Shown: positions 1 to 9,782 of the stretch, piece after piece | How positions within the stretch are numbered: the stretch's first letter is position 1 | Layout: each line of letters begins with the position of its first letter | Source of the DNA: Opitutales bacterium | GTDB lineage: Bacteria > Verrucomicrobiota > Verrucomicrobiia > Opitutales > UBA9783 | Reading direction: 5' to 3' | NCBI GenBank assembly: GCA_046881885.1 | Contig: JBKSMP010000019.1 | Location: 1-32,000 of the forward strand | Length of the DNA: 32,000 bases | The notes under the pieces: model-generated | Told to the model about the DNA's origin: nothing | The model's input: only the letters and a program-made list of their open reading frames with translations | Database searches by the model: none | Program-made: the position numbers and the translations under genes

Positions 1-479
1 GTTCGTTTTCAAGGTCTAATATCCAAGGTCCGCAGATATCGTCTTTTTTCGACCGCAGACGAGGCGACTCGAAGCCACCCTAGTTTTTAGTGTTTTTCGC
101 ACCTTCATTTTGAGTGTCATCACTATTTCAATTCTATTAAAATTAAAATTGCTTGTAAAGAAATTTTCCATGCAAGAACGCAATTATTTTATGCAAAAGA
201 ACTCATGGATCATCCATTTTTTCTTTTTATTGTTTTTTATGTTTTCCATTTTGTACTTTACAAGAATTGCCCAAAGTTGCTACAAACTAAAAAGTACGGC
301 GAAAGTCACAGACAGACACTAAAAAAACAATCTACAATTATCTGAATTTATATATAAATACCCCATCAAAACACATCATTAATAGATTGTTTTTGTAAAA
401 ACTTCTTTATAAACCCAACCTAATAATTTTCTTGAAAATAAGTTTGAGTAATGTGTTAAAATAGCTTTTAAAAGAGAAA

Positions 480-2978
480 ATGGAAATTAAGAAGCCGGTA
501 ACACCGATGATGCAACAGTATTTATCTGTGCATGAGAAATTACCTAAGGAAACGATTTTATTTTTTCGCTTAGGGGATTTTTATGAAATGTTTTTTGATG
601 ACGCTGAAACAGGTGCACGTGTGCTTGGATTAACATTGACGCAGCGTAATGGTGTTCCGATGGCTGGCATTCCGTTTCACGCCTCCGAAACTTATATCGA
701 TAAATTGTTAAAAGCTGGGAAAAAAGTAGCCATTTGTGATCAAATGGAAGAACCGAAACCAGGGAAATTGGTAGAACGCTCTTTAACGCGTATTTTAACA
801 CCTGGAACGGTTTTTGAAGATGGGCAAATGGATGCCAAAACCAATCATTACCTGGCTTGTTTAGAATTTAAGCACAATCAGTTATGTGCGGCTTGGCTGG
901 ATTTATCGACGAGCGAATTTAAGATAGCTTCGGAATCTTGTCCGGAAGTTCTTATTGCTTTCTTATTAGCTTTAGATCCTAAAGAAATTGTTTTATCCGA
1001 AAAATGTAACGCCGAAGAACGAACTCGTTTAAGTTTGTTGTTAACCGACCGAACTGTTTCGGAAGTTCCTTCGTTTGTTTTTGATAATCAGCGTGCACGT
1101 ACCCAATTAGAGAAATTATTGGGCGTTAAGCACCTAGAAGGCTTCGGTATTGCAGAAGAAGAGCCCAGCTTGGGTTGCGCCAGCGCATTGATCCATTATG
1201 TAACAGAAAATCTATGTCATTCGCCTAAAAACATAAAAAAATTAGCCCAACATCGTTGCGAAAAGAATCTGCTAATAGATGCTTCAACGGCAAAGAGTTT
1301 GGAAATCTTTCAAACACAGCGAGGAACTCGAGAAGGTTCTTTGTTGGCTTTTTTAGATCGAGCCAAAACAGCTGCAGGTAGTCGACTTATTCAGCAATTC
1401 CTTATAAATCCTTTGATTGATTTGGAGCAAATTCGTTATCGTCAGGCTTGCATTCAGGCTTTTTATGAAGCGTCTATGGCAACACATTCACTGCAGTACG
1501 CTTTAGGTCGCACAAGGGATCTCACACGTATTTTATCGCGTTTACATAATCGCTTACGTTCCCCCAGAGAGTTAGGAGCTATTCGAGAAACTCTGGAACA
1601 ATTACCCGAAATAAAAGCTACATTATCCCAATTAAAAGCTCCGGCCTTAGAACGTTTAACGACTTCTATTGAATTATTCGAAGATTTAAAGCGATTATTG
1701 AATGAAGCACTTGTAAGTGATTTGCCGAACGACCTTTTAGAAGGTGGCTATATCCGTGAAGGTTTTGATCCACAATTAGACCATTTGCGATCCGCTCAAC
1801 AAGAATCTCAAGTTTGGTTGCAACAATACGAAGCACAAGAACAGCAACAAACAGGCATTCGTAATTTGCGCGTTAAATATAATTCTGCCGTTGGCTTTTT
1901 TATCGAAGTTACAAAAGCAAATACGCACCTTGTTCCTTGTCATTATATTCGCAAGCAAACAATGACGCATTTTGAGCGTTATTATACGGAAGAATTAAAA
2001 GAAAAAGAAAATTTTATTCTTCATAGTCAAGAACGTGCGATTGAAAAAGAAAGAGAACTGTTTTTAAAACTTGTCCAAGCAATTTTAGAACAGTCAGAAG
2101 CCTTGTTGCAAACAGCACATACATTAGCCCAAATCGATGTTTTTGCAGCCTGGAGTTGCCTTGCAAGAGAGTATAATTACTGTTGTCCACAAATCGACAC
2201 TTCGCTAGATTTTGAAGTCGAAGAAGGCCGCCATCCTATTGTAGAAGCGGTTTTGGCCAAAACAAAAGGTTTGTCTGGATTTGTTGCTAACGCTCTTTGT
2301 TTACAAGGAAATCAAGAACAAATCATGATTTTGACCGGTCCAAATATGGCTGGAAAATCGACGTTTATTCGACAAAATGCATTAATCGCTTTAATGGCGC
2401 ATATCGGTTGTTGGGTGCCAGCTAAACAGTGTCGTATGGGTTGGATAGATCGCATTTTTTCGCGTGTAGGAGCCAGTGACGATTTATCGAGAGGACAATC
2501 AACCTTCATGGTAGAAATGCTGGAAACTGCCAATATTCTTAATAACGCAACCCAACGCAGCTTGATTATCTTAGATGAAATTGGACGTGGAACCAGTACG
2601 TATGATGGTTTAAGTATTGCTTGGTCTGTTGTCGAATACCTTAATCGTGATCCTGAACAAGGTCCAAGAACTTTGTTTGCAACCCATTATCGTGAACTTA
2701 CACAATTGGAGAAGTTATATCCTCGCATTTTCAACGCCTATGTTGCCGTTAAGGAATGGAACGATGAGATTCTTTTCGTACATCAAATTTGCCGCGGAAG
2801 CGCACGTCGTTCTTATGGGATTCAAGTTGCGAAGTTGGCTGGTTTACCGCTTGAAGTCATTGAACGTGCTAAAGTTGTACTTTCTAAATTAGAAAATAAA
2901 TGTAAAGTTTTGCAAAAATTGCTCGATAAAGAGGCAGTAAGTAGCGATTCTCCACAATTGGACCTATTCCATGGATAA
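480..2978 (+). CDS. mutS: DNA mismatch repair protein MutS
   Basis: 832-aa ORF. N-terminal mismatch-binding region MMQQYLSVHEKLPKETILFFRLGDFYEMFFDDAE (GDFYE = Phe-X-Glu motif). Walker A GPNMAGKST, Walker B/DE LIILDEIGRGTST, FATHY. Confidence 0.95.
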   Translation: MEIKKPVTPMMQQYLSVHEKLPKETILFFRLGDFYEMFFDDAETGARVLGLTLTQRNGVPMAGIPFHASETYIDKLLKAGKKVAICDQMEEPKPGKLVERSLTRILTPGTVFEDGQMDAKTNHYLACLEFKHNQLCAAWLDLSTSEFKIASESCPEVLIAFLLALDPKEIVLSEKCNAEERTRLSLLLTDRTVSEVPSFVFDNQRARTQLEKLLGVKHLEGFGIAEEEPSLGCASALIHYVTENLCHSPKNIKKLAQHRCEKNLLIDASTAKSLEIFQTQRGTREGSLLAFLDRAKTAAGSRLIQQFLINPLIDLEQIRYRQACIQAFYEASMATHSLQYALGRTRDLTRILSRLHNRLRSPRELGAIRETLEQLPEIKATLSQLKAPALERLTTSIELFEDLKRLLNEALVSDLPNDLLEGGYIREGFDPQLDHLRSAQQESQVWLQQYEAQEQQQTGIRNLRVKYNSAVGFFIEVTKANTHLVPCHYIRKQTMTHFERYYTEELKEKENFILHSQERAIEKERELFLKLVQAILEQSEALLQTAHTLAQIDVFAAWSCLAREYNYCCPQIDTSLDFEVEEGRHPIVEAVLAKTKGLSGFVANALCLQGNQEQIMILTGPNMAGKSTFIRQNALIALMAHIGCWVPAKQCRMGWIDRIFSRVGASDDLSRGQSTFMVEMLETANILNNATQRSLIILDEIGRGTSTYDGLSIAWSVVEYLNRDPEQGPRTLFATHYRELTQLEKLYPRIFNAYVAVKEWNDEILFVHQICRGSARRSYGIQVAKLAGLPLEVIERAKVVLSKLENKCKVLQKLLDKEAVSSDSPQLDLFHG

Positions 2979-3612
2979 GATCAAGCGAAAAGTTCACCAC
3001 CTCAATACTTGGAAACAGCTGCTGCTAATTCCTATTTACTGCATTTTAAAAGTCTGGTACATGACTTTGCGGCTAAAAATGGATGAAACCACCAAGCATT
3101 TATTGCTCGGCAAAGATCAAAAAAACTGTGTGTTTTATTTTTGGCATGACGCTCTTTTTATGGCTCCATTACTTCGAAAATTCAGAGGGGAACGACCTAT
3201 GTATGGCTTGATGAGTGCCAGTAAAGATGGGGCTTGGCTTGAAGCACTCGTCCATTGGTTCAAGGTAAAAGCAATACGAGGATCGAGCACTTGGCGTGGG
3301 TCAATTGCCCTCAAAGAATTAGAGATGAATGCCCATAAAACGTGCGATATTGTTATCACTCCTGATGGACCTAAAGGCCCAAGACATCGTTGTAAATACG
3401 GATCTTTAAAGTGGGCTTTGGAAACGGATCTCTGTATTATTTGCCTGCAAATAAACACATCTAAAGCTTGGTCACTTTCTTCTTGGGACCGCTTTCGACT
3501 TCCTCTACCGTTCACAAGCCTATCCGTAAAAGCCCATCAAATCGTACGAAATTCTAGCACTTCTCTAGATTGCTTAATTGAAAAAGTTCAAGCAAATCTC
3601 GGCGAGTATTAA
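2971..3612 (+). CDS. DUF374 family protein (lysophospholipid acyltransferase-like)
   Basis: 213 aa. The ATG overlaps the mutS stop (ATGGATAA). Family-typical blocks FWHDALF, SASKDGAWLE, IRGSSTWRGSIALKEL, ITPDGPKGP, SWDRFRLPLPF. Confidence 0.75.
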   Translation: MDKIKRKVHHLNTWKQLLLIPIYCILKVWYMTLRLKMDETTKHLLLGKDQKNCVFYFWHDALFMAPLLRKFRGERPMYGLMSASKDGAWLEALVHWFKVKAIRGSSTWRGSIALKELEMNAHKTCDIVITPDGPKGPRHRCKYGSLKWALETDLCIICLQINTSKAWSLSSWDRFRLPLPFTSLSVKAHQIVRNSSTSLDCLIEKVQANLGEY

Positions 3613-3719
3613 ACCTTCCGTAAAATCTAAATAAATTTATCACAAAACATGCCTTTCTGGCTACAATCAAAAAATTAGCCTTATAAGTGTTGTATTCTTC
3701 TTTTTTGCCCTCTTTGTTT

Positions 3720-3750
3720 AAGTTAATTCATCGTATCTTAAAGTTAATTC
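3720..3750 (+). repeat. Exact 10-bp direct repeat AAGTTAATTC x2 with 21-bp period, in the 5' region of the 3855 operon
   Basis: Copies at 3720-3729 and 3741-3750. Partial copies TTAAAGTTA at 3788-3796 and AAAGTTA at 3821-3827. Function unknown. Confidence 0.5.
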
Positions 3751-3854
3751 TCACAGATTTTTAGACCTTTTCTTCTGGGACTAATTTTTAAAGTTACAAA
3801 ATAACTCATTTTCGTGTTGAAAAGTTAGCGAGCTTCGTTCATTGTTATGGGACG

Positions 3855-5051
3855 ATGGAATCAGGAAACTTATTGATTTTGCAGTCTGGCATTTCGAATG
3901 TCACAAGCAATGCAGTGCTTTATGGAATGCTTGCAGAGGCTTTAAATTTTGAAATTATAGAAGAGATCTACGGAGCTTACAATGGATTTGAAGGACTTGC
4001 CGCAGGTCAATTGATGGATTTAGCAGCTCTATCACAGAAAAAAGCTCAATTGTTGCTTTCGAGCGCCGGAAATGCTTTACATAGTGAATCAGGTGCTTTC
4101 AAAGCTACACCACATGCTTTTGAGCAAATGGTTCGTGTTTTATCCCAAAAAGGCATTCGTTATGTAGGTGTTATTTGTGATCAAGAAACTTTGGCCTATG
4201 TTCAAAATTTGATTGAAGCAGCTCGCCAGGCAGACTACGAATTAAACGTCATTGCCATTCCTTTATCGAATTACAACGAACTTCCAATGACCGATCATAG
4301 TCTTGGTTACGGCAGTTGTGTTAAGTACGTCAATGCTTATCTACGCGCTTTTGATGCTTGGTTGGAAGATAATCGTGTTCAAGTAGGTGTTTGTGAGATT
4401 GAAGGTGGCAATAATGGTTGGTTGGTAGCCAGTGCTGCTCTAAATTATACAGTAGCCAATGGCAAATTAGGTTCTAACGAAGAAAGTTTACCGTATATTG
4501 TTTGCTTGCCAGAACAACCCTTTAATGAGGATACTTTTTTAGATTTAGTAAAGGCTAAAGTCGAAAAATTTGGTTATGTTCGTGTGATAACCCATTCACA
4601 ATTGGTAGACGAAGAAGGAAATTCGATTGATTTTTCTGATTACGGATCTACAGGCGCTTACTTAGAGAGCTTGATTGATTCTTTAGATTATTCTGTCCAA
4701 CTCAATCTTTGCGACCTCCAACTCCAACCTCTTTCGCAATTTATGTCAAAGAAGGATGTTGACGAAGCGGTACTTTGTGGACGCAAGAGCTTACAGCAAA
4801 TGCTTGAAGAAGGCGAATCTGATCAAGCTGCTGTTTTGGTGCGTAAAGAAGGTGAACGTGAAGCTATTTATGAAGTTCGTTTCGTGAAAATCGAAGAAAT
4901 TGCTTCTGGGCTAAAATTCTTCCCAAGTGACTGGATTGCAGAAGCTACGAGTACAATTCAATACGCCTTAATTAAGTATGCATTGCCACTCATTCAAGGA
5001 GAAGTTGCAGTTGCTTATGAAAAGGGCTTGCCACAATTCGCTCAATTTTAA
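3855..5051 (+). CDS. Phosphofructokinase-fold (PfkA/Pfp family) protein with substituted catalytic motifs; probably not an active PFK
   Basis: 398 aa. Collinear by eye with E. coli PfkA, with every hallmark motif changed: [18 protein letters not shown] vs [30 protein letters not shown] vs [32 protein letters not shown] vs [38 protein letters not shown] vs VVEVMGRYCGDLTLAAAI. Confidence 0.7.
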   Translation: [398 protein letters not shown]

Positions 5052-5054
5052 GAT

Positions 5055-5960
5055 ATGATACTTCTTTTTCCAGGACAAGGGGCTCAAGCAGTTGGAATGG
5101 GCAAAGCTTGGTTTGAAGCAAGTGAAACCGTTCGCAATTGCTTTGAGATCGCTGATAAAATTCTGCCGTTTAAGGTAAGTAGCTTATGTTTTGAAGGCCC
5201 TGAGGAGGTTTTACAAGAAACACGGGTTTGTCAACCGGCTTTATTTGTGCTAGGATATAGTATTTTCGCGCATTTAAAGCAAATCGGTTTCTTCGAGCAA
5301 CATCCACTTGTTTGCGCTACCGGAAACAGTTTGGGAGAATTAACAGCTTTAGGTGTTGCAGGCGTGTTCGATTTTGAAACAGGGCTAAAAATTGTTGCAG
5401 AACGCGGTCGTTTAATGCAAGAAGCTTGCGATGCACAACCTACGGGCATGTTGGCTCTCATTGCGGGATCTTTGGAATTGGCTGAAAAACTTTGTCAAGA
5501 TTTTGATCTAGACATTTCCAATCGCAATTGTCCGGGCCAAATTGTTGTTTCAGGTCTTTTAGAAAATTTAGAAAAGGCACAATTTGTAGCGAAAGAACGC
5601 GGCTTTAAAATGGCCATACCATTAAAAGTTGCAGGAGCATATCATTCGCGTTGGATGCAGCCTGCTCGTGAAGCTTTTGAGGCATTTTTGAAAACAATTC
5701 CTTTGCAGAATCCTTCTATAACGGTTTTGTCTAATACAACAGGCGAAGCCATTGAAGATGCAGAAGCGATTCGAACAGCTTTGGGAGTTCAGCTAACCTC
5801 GACTGTATTATTTGAAAAATGTTTACGTAATTGCGCAACTTACGCTTATGACTGCTTAGAATGTGGTCCTGGAAACGTAATTGCAGGGCTTGCTAAACGT
5901 ACAGAAGCTAATTTGCGAGTAAAGAGTGCTGCCGAACCTCAATTTCTAGAAACCTTGTAA
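5055..5960 (+). CDS. fabD: Malonyl-CoA:ACP transacylase
   Basis: 301 aa. FPGQGAQ near the N-terminus, active-site block GNSLGELTAL (canonical GHSLGE), VSG, AGAYHSRWM (canonical AFHS with the catalytic His). Starts 3 nt after the upstream stop. Confidence 0.9.
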   Translation: MILLFPGQGAQAVGMGKAWFEASETVRNCFEIADKILPFKVSSLCFEGPEEVLQETRVCQPALFVLGYSIFAHLKQIGFFEQHPLVCATGNSLGELTALGVAGVFDFETGLKIVAERGRLMQEACDAQPTGMLALIAGSLELAEKLCQDFDLDISNRNCPGQIVVSGLLENLEKAQFVAKERGFKMAIPLKVAGAYHSRWMQPAREAFEAFLKTIPLQNPSITVLSNTTGEAIEDAEAIRTALGVQLTSTVLFEKCLRNCATYAYDCLECGPGNVIAGLAKRTEANLRVKSAAEPQFLETL

Positions 5961-5963
5961 CTT

Positions 5964-7757
5964 ATGGATCCTATTCGTAACTTCTGCATTATTGCTCACG
6001 TTGATCACGGTAAAACGACACTTTCCGATCGTTTGTTGGAAATGACACAAGCGGTTGAGCAACGTAAAATGCAAGATCAGTTACTGGATTCTATGGATCT
6101 AGAACGCGAAAAAGGAATTACGATCAAGTCCCATCCTGTAACGATGGGATATGTTCATAAAGATAAAAATTACGTCTTTAATTTGATTGATACACCTGGG
6201 CATGTCGATTTTTCATACGAAGTTTCTCGTAGTTTAGCTGCTTGCGAAGGGGCAATCTTGTTGGTTGATGCTTCACAAGGAATTGAGGCGCAAACCGTTG
6301 CGAATGCTCTTTTGGCAATCCAAGGTGGCTTGACGATTATTCCGGTCCTCAATAAGATTGATTTGCCAAGTTCGAATGTTGAAAAAGTTACTAAGCAGTT
6401 AGAAGATATTTTGGCCATTCCTGCAGAAGAAACGCTTCATGTAAGTGGAAAAACAGGAGCCGGTGTTAAGGAGTTATTAGAGGCAGTTGTGGAGCGCATT
6501 CCAGGCCCTAAAGGCTCTGTAGAAGATCCTCTGCAAGCGCTTGTTTTCGATGCAACCTATGACACTTATAAGGGATTAATTTGTTACGTCCGTGTCTTTA
6601 ACGGGTGTATAAAACCAGGACAAACCATTCTTATGATGCGTAATGGTACCGAAACTCAAGCTAAAGAAGTCGGTATTTTTACGCCACATATGCAAGAAAC
6701 GGAGTGTTTGCGTGCAGGAGACGTAGGTTATATTGTTACCAACTTAAAAACCTTAACAGACATCAAAATTGGTGATACGTTAACGCATAGTCAACGACCT
6801 GCAAGTAAACCTTTGGATGGTTACAAAGAAATCAAACCAATGGTATTTAGTGGGCTTTATCCTTTAGAAACAAAGGATTATGAACGTCTCAAAAACGGCC
6901 TTTTCAAACTCCAATTAAATGACGCCTCCCTTACCTTTCAATCGGAAAATTCAACCGCGCTTGGATTTGGTTTTCGCTGTGGCTTTTTGGGTCTGCTTCA
7001 CATGGAGATTATCCAAGAACGTTTGCGTCGAGAATATGACCTGGATTTGATTGCAACCTATCCTAGCGTTGTTTATCGCGTTTATTTGACGAATGGAACG
7101 ATGCAAGAGGTCGATAATCCCTTACGCTTGCCGGATCCTTCATTTATCAGCTATATTGAAGAACCAACGATTAAAGCTTCCATTCATATTCCGAATGAGG
7201 CCATTGGAAGTATTTTGGAATTAATTCGCGAAAAACGAGGGGAATGTCAATCAACGGAAACACTTGATGAACAACGCTTGTTGCTTTCATGTGTCCTGCC
7301 ATTAAATGAGATTCTTTTGGACTTTAATGACCGGCTAAAAAGCATCACCAAGGGGTACGGTTCCATGGACTACGATTTGAGTGATTATGTTCGATCGGAT
7401 CTTGTAAAAATGGACATTATGGTTCATGGTGAGCCCGTTGACGCATTTTCGAGCATTGTACATCGTACCAAAGCAGAATATCAAGGTCGTTTGTTATGTG
7501 AACGTTTGAAGAATTTGCTTCCTAAGCAGATGTTTAAAGTGCCTATTCAAGCCAGTGTTTGGGGAAAAGTTATCGCACGTGAAACCTTAGGGGCTTATCG
7601 CAAAGACGTTACAGCCAAATGTTATGGTGGAGATATTACACGTAAACGAAAACTTTTGGAAAAGCAAAAAGAGGGTAAAAAGCGAATGAAACAAATCGGT
7701 AAGGTCGCTATTCCTCAAGAAACTTTTGTAGATATTTTAAAATCTAGTGTTGAATAA
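5964..7757 (+). CDS. lepA: Elongation factor 4 (LepA)
   Basis: 597 aa. IRNFCIIAHVDHGKTTLSDRLLE (G1), DTPGHVDF (G3), NKIDL (G4). LepA-specific C-terminal region ending KRKLLEKQKEGKKRMKQIGKV. Confidence 0.95.
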   Translation: MDPIRNFCIIAHVDHGKTTLSDRLLEMTQAVEQRKMQDQLLDSMDLEREKGITIKSHPVTMGYVHKDKNYVFNLIDTPGHVDFSYEVSRSLAACEGAILLVDASQGIEAQTVANALLAIQGGLTIIPVLNKIDLPSSNVEKVTKQLEDILAIPAEETLHVSGKTGAGVKELLEAVVERIPGPKGSVEDPLQALVFDATYDTYKGLICYVRVFNGCIKPGQTILMMRNGTETQAKEVGIFTPHMQETECLRAGDVGYIVTNLKTLTDIKIGDTLTHSQRPASKPLDGYKEIKPMVFSGLYPLETKDYERLKNGLFKLQLNDASLTFQSENSTALGFGFRCGFLGLLHMEIIQERLRREYDLDLIATYPSVVYRVYLTNGTMQEVDNPLRLPDPSFISYIEEPTIKASIHIPNEAIGSILELIREKRGECQSTETLDEQRLLLSCVLPLNEILLDFNDRLKSITKGYGSMDYDLSDYVRSDLVKMDIMVHGEPVDAFSSIVHRTKAEYQGRLLCERLKNLLPKQMFKVPIQASVWGKVIARETLGAYRKDVTAKCYGGDITRKRKLLEKQKEGKKRMKQIGKVAIPQETFVDILKSSVE

Positions 7758-7790
7758 GCTTTTAACGATTATTTCTTTTAACAAACGCTC

Positions 7791-8375
7791 ATGCCTACCC
7801 TATTAGTTTGCCTTCTTTGTCTTTTAGGTCCTTTTGTAAACCGTGTAGAGGGATCTTATGTAATGCCTAGATGTAAGGTTTGCAAAATGATTACCCAATA
7901 TAATACATATTTAAACCTTAGATACTGCCCCCATTGTATAAGAAAACATCGAGGTTTTTGGCATTACTTTATTTCCTTTACAAAAGCAAAAATTAAGCAT
8001 ATTGCAACTTCCTACAGCTCACAGTATACACCTTTAAATATCATAAATAACAATATTTGCAAAGTTTCTCTAAACAATTATGAAAAAAAACTTTTTATAG
8101 AATTTATGGATGCAGTCTGGCATAAACTAAACGATATAGATTATGTTTTTAAGAATCCTGATTTAGAAAACTTCTTTCTTGCCTTATTTGATGAAGAAGA
8201 GATATTGAAGGCTGAAAAACGTTATGGTGAATTACTACAGTTTTATTATACGCTAAAATGGGTATGTCTTGCTTTATTTTGCGAGTATACTCAAGCACAA
8301 AATTATGTGCGCCATCTACATACACTTTTTGAAAAAATCGACGACAAAATCCTCTCTTGCTCCTATTCCTCATAA
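7791..8375 (+). CDS. Hypothetical protein with an N-terminal CxxC...CxxC zinc-ribbon-like motif
   Basis: 194-aa ORF filling the lepA-helicase gap. CKVCK...(14 aa)...CPHC. Clearly more AT-rich than its neighbours. Alternative start at 7863 (MPRCKVC), preceded by GAGGGA 9 nt upstream. No family recognised. Confidence 0.45.
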   Translation: MPTLLVCLLCLLGPFVNRVEGSYVMPRCKVCKMITQYNTYLNLRYCPHCIRKHRGFWHYFISFTKAKIKHIATSYSSQYTPLNIINNNICKVSLNNYEKKLFIEFMDAVWHKLNDIDYVFKNPDLENFFLALFDEEEILKAEKRYGELLQFYYTLKWVCLALFCEYTQAQNYVRHLHTLFEKIDDKILSCSYSS

Positions 8376-8474
8376 AAAATCAGTATAAAATAGGATCGGC
8401 AAAGGTCGTACTTAAATTTGTTTTTAGCTTGCCTTAAGTAAGAATTTTTCACAAGTTTTAACCTTAATAAAGGC

Positions 8475-9692
8475 ATGAGTTATTTTTCGGAACTAGGACT
8501 TAATCAGGCTTTAATGCAAGCTTTGGACGCATTAAAGTATAAAGAAACGACACCTATTCAAAGTCAAGCGATTCCGGCGATTTTAAAGGGAAGAGATTTT
8601 TTGGGGATTGCCCAAACAGGAACCGGAAAAACAGCTGCATTTGCACTTCCCATATTAGAATTGCTCAGTCGAGCTGAATCCAAAAAACAACTGCCACAAG
8701 CACTTATTGTAACACCTACACGTGAATTGGCTCTTCAAATTTTTAACAATTTAAAAGCTTTCGGAAAATTTTTACCGTTAAAATTGGGTTGTATGTTTGG
8801 TGGCGTCAAAGAACGTCCACAAATTCAAGAAGTAAAAGAAGGTGTACATATTTTAGTGGCAACACCAGGACGTTTGCTCGACTTATACCGCAGAAAACTA
8901 TTTTCCTTAAAAGGTGTTCAATTCTGTGTTTTGGACGAAGCCGATAGGATGCTCGATATGGGCTTTTTACCAGATATTCGCTTTATCATTAAGGAATTGC
9001 CTAAAGACCGCCAAACGCTACTTTTTTCAGCAACTTTACCGCGTGAAATCGAAGCCTTAGCGGAAAGTCTATTAAAGAATCCTATTCGTGTAGCCATTAC
9101 ACCACCTGCAACCGCAGCTGAATGTGTCGAACAACAGTTACTTTTTGTACCTAAAGGGCAAAAACTGGAACTACTTCAGCGTATTTTGAGCCAAGAAACT
9201 CATGAACGCGTTATTATCTTTTCTAAAACCAAATTTGGTGCAGAACGGATAGGACGTGTTCTACGTGCTAATAATATTGATGCATGCGTTCTCCATGGTG
9301 ATAAAACTCAAAAAGAACGTCAACGGGCTTTAAATCATTTCCAACAAGGCACCATTCCCTTATTGGTCGCTACGGATGTTGCTTCACGCGGTATTGATGT
9401 ATCCAATATTACACATGTGATCAACTTTGACCTGCCTACCGAACCCGAAAGCTATGTGCATCGTATTGGTCGTACAGGACGGGCAGGGCAAAAAGGTGTT
9501 GCGTTTTCTTTCTGTGATCCGTCCGAAAAACCGCTCCTAAAAGCCATTGAACGCCAATTGCAAGAACGTATTCCGGTTGTATCAGCTAGACAGTTTTGGC
9601 CCGATTTCGTTGCAGCCAAAGCCCCTAGTCCGACCCCAAAAAAAGCAAAACGCAATCTACGTTCTCGTAAAAGATCAGGCTCTAAAAGATAA
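8475..9692 (+). CDS. DEAD-box ATP-dependent RNA helicase (RhlE-like)
   Basis: 405 aa. Q motif (F..LGL, TPIQ), AQTGTGKT (I), PTRELA (Ia), VLDEADRMLDMGF (II), SAT (III), HRIGRTGRAG (VI). Basic C-terminal tail. Confidence 0.92.
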   Translation: MSYFSELGLNQALMQALDALKYKETTPIQSQAIPAILKGRDFLGIAQTGTGKTAAFALPILELLSRAESKKQLPQALIVTPTRELALQIFNNLKAFGKFLPLKLGCMFGGVKERPQIQEVKEGVHILVATPGRLLDLYRRKLFSLKGVQFCVLDEADRMLDMGFLPDIRFIIKELPKDRQTLLFSATLPREIEALAESLLKNPIRVAITPPATAAECVEQQLLFVPKGQKLELLQRILSQETHERVIIFSKTKFGAERIGRVLRANNIDACVLHGDKTQKERQRALNHFQQGTIPLLVATDVASRGIDVSNITHVINFDLPTEPESYVHRIGRTGRAGQKGVAFSFCDPSEKPLLKAIERQLQERIPVVSARQFWPDFVAAKAPSPTPKKAKRNLRSRKRSGSKR

Positions 9693-9782
9693 AATCGCTT
9701 TAAGCCCTTATTTAAGCTAAAACGTTAAATTCTTTTGAAAAAATATTGCAATTTGGCAAGAATTATTGTCCAATAGTAAGTG

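Noticed and set aside
1-90. Possible structured RNA or gene end at the window start. Features are a direct repeat CCGCAGA at 30-36 and 53-59, a 6-bp stem TCGTCT/AGACGA, and a minus-strand GGGTGGCTTCGAGTCGCC that superficially recalls tmRNA or RNase P 5' ends.
   Set aside because: None of the universal motifs I know is present (GAGGAAAGUCC for RNase P, GGAAGCAGCC for SRP, a T-arm plus UCCACCA for tmRNA). Two plus-strand frames stay open from the window edge to stops at 81-83 and 88-90, so it is most simply the 3' end of an upstream CDS. Left unresolved.
110-322. 70-aa ORF upstream of mutS with a hydrophobic stretch (WIIHFFFLLFFMFSILYF).
   Set aside because: It lies in a very AT-rich spacer where such ORFs arise by chance (Phe/Leu/Ile/Lys-rich). 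It has no SD and no recognisable family. Not called as a gene.
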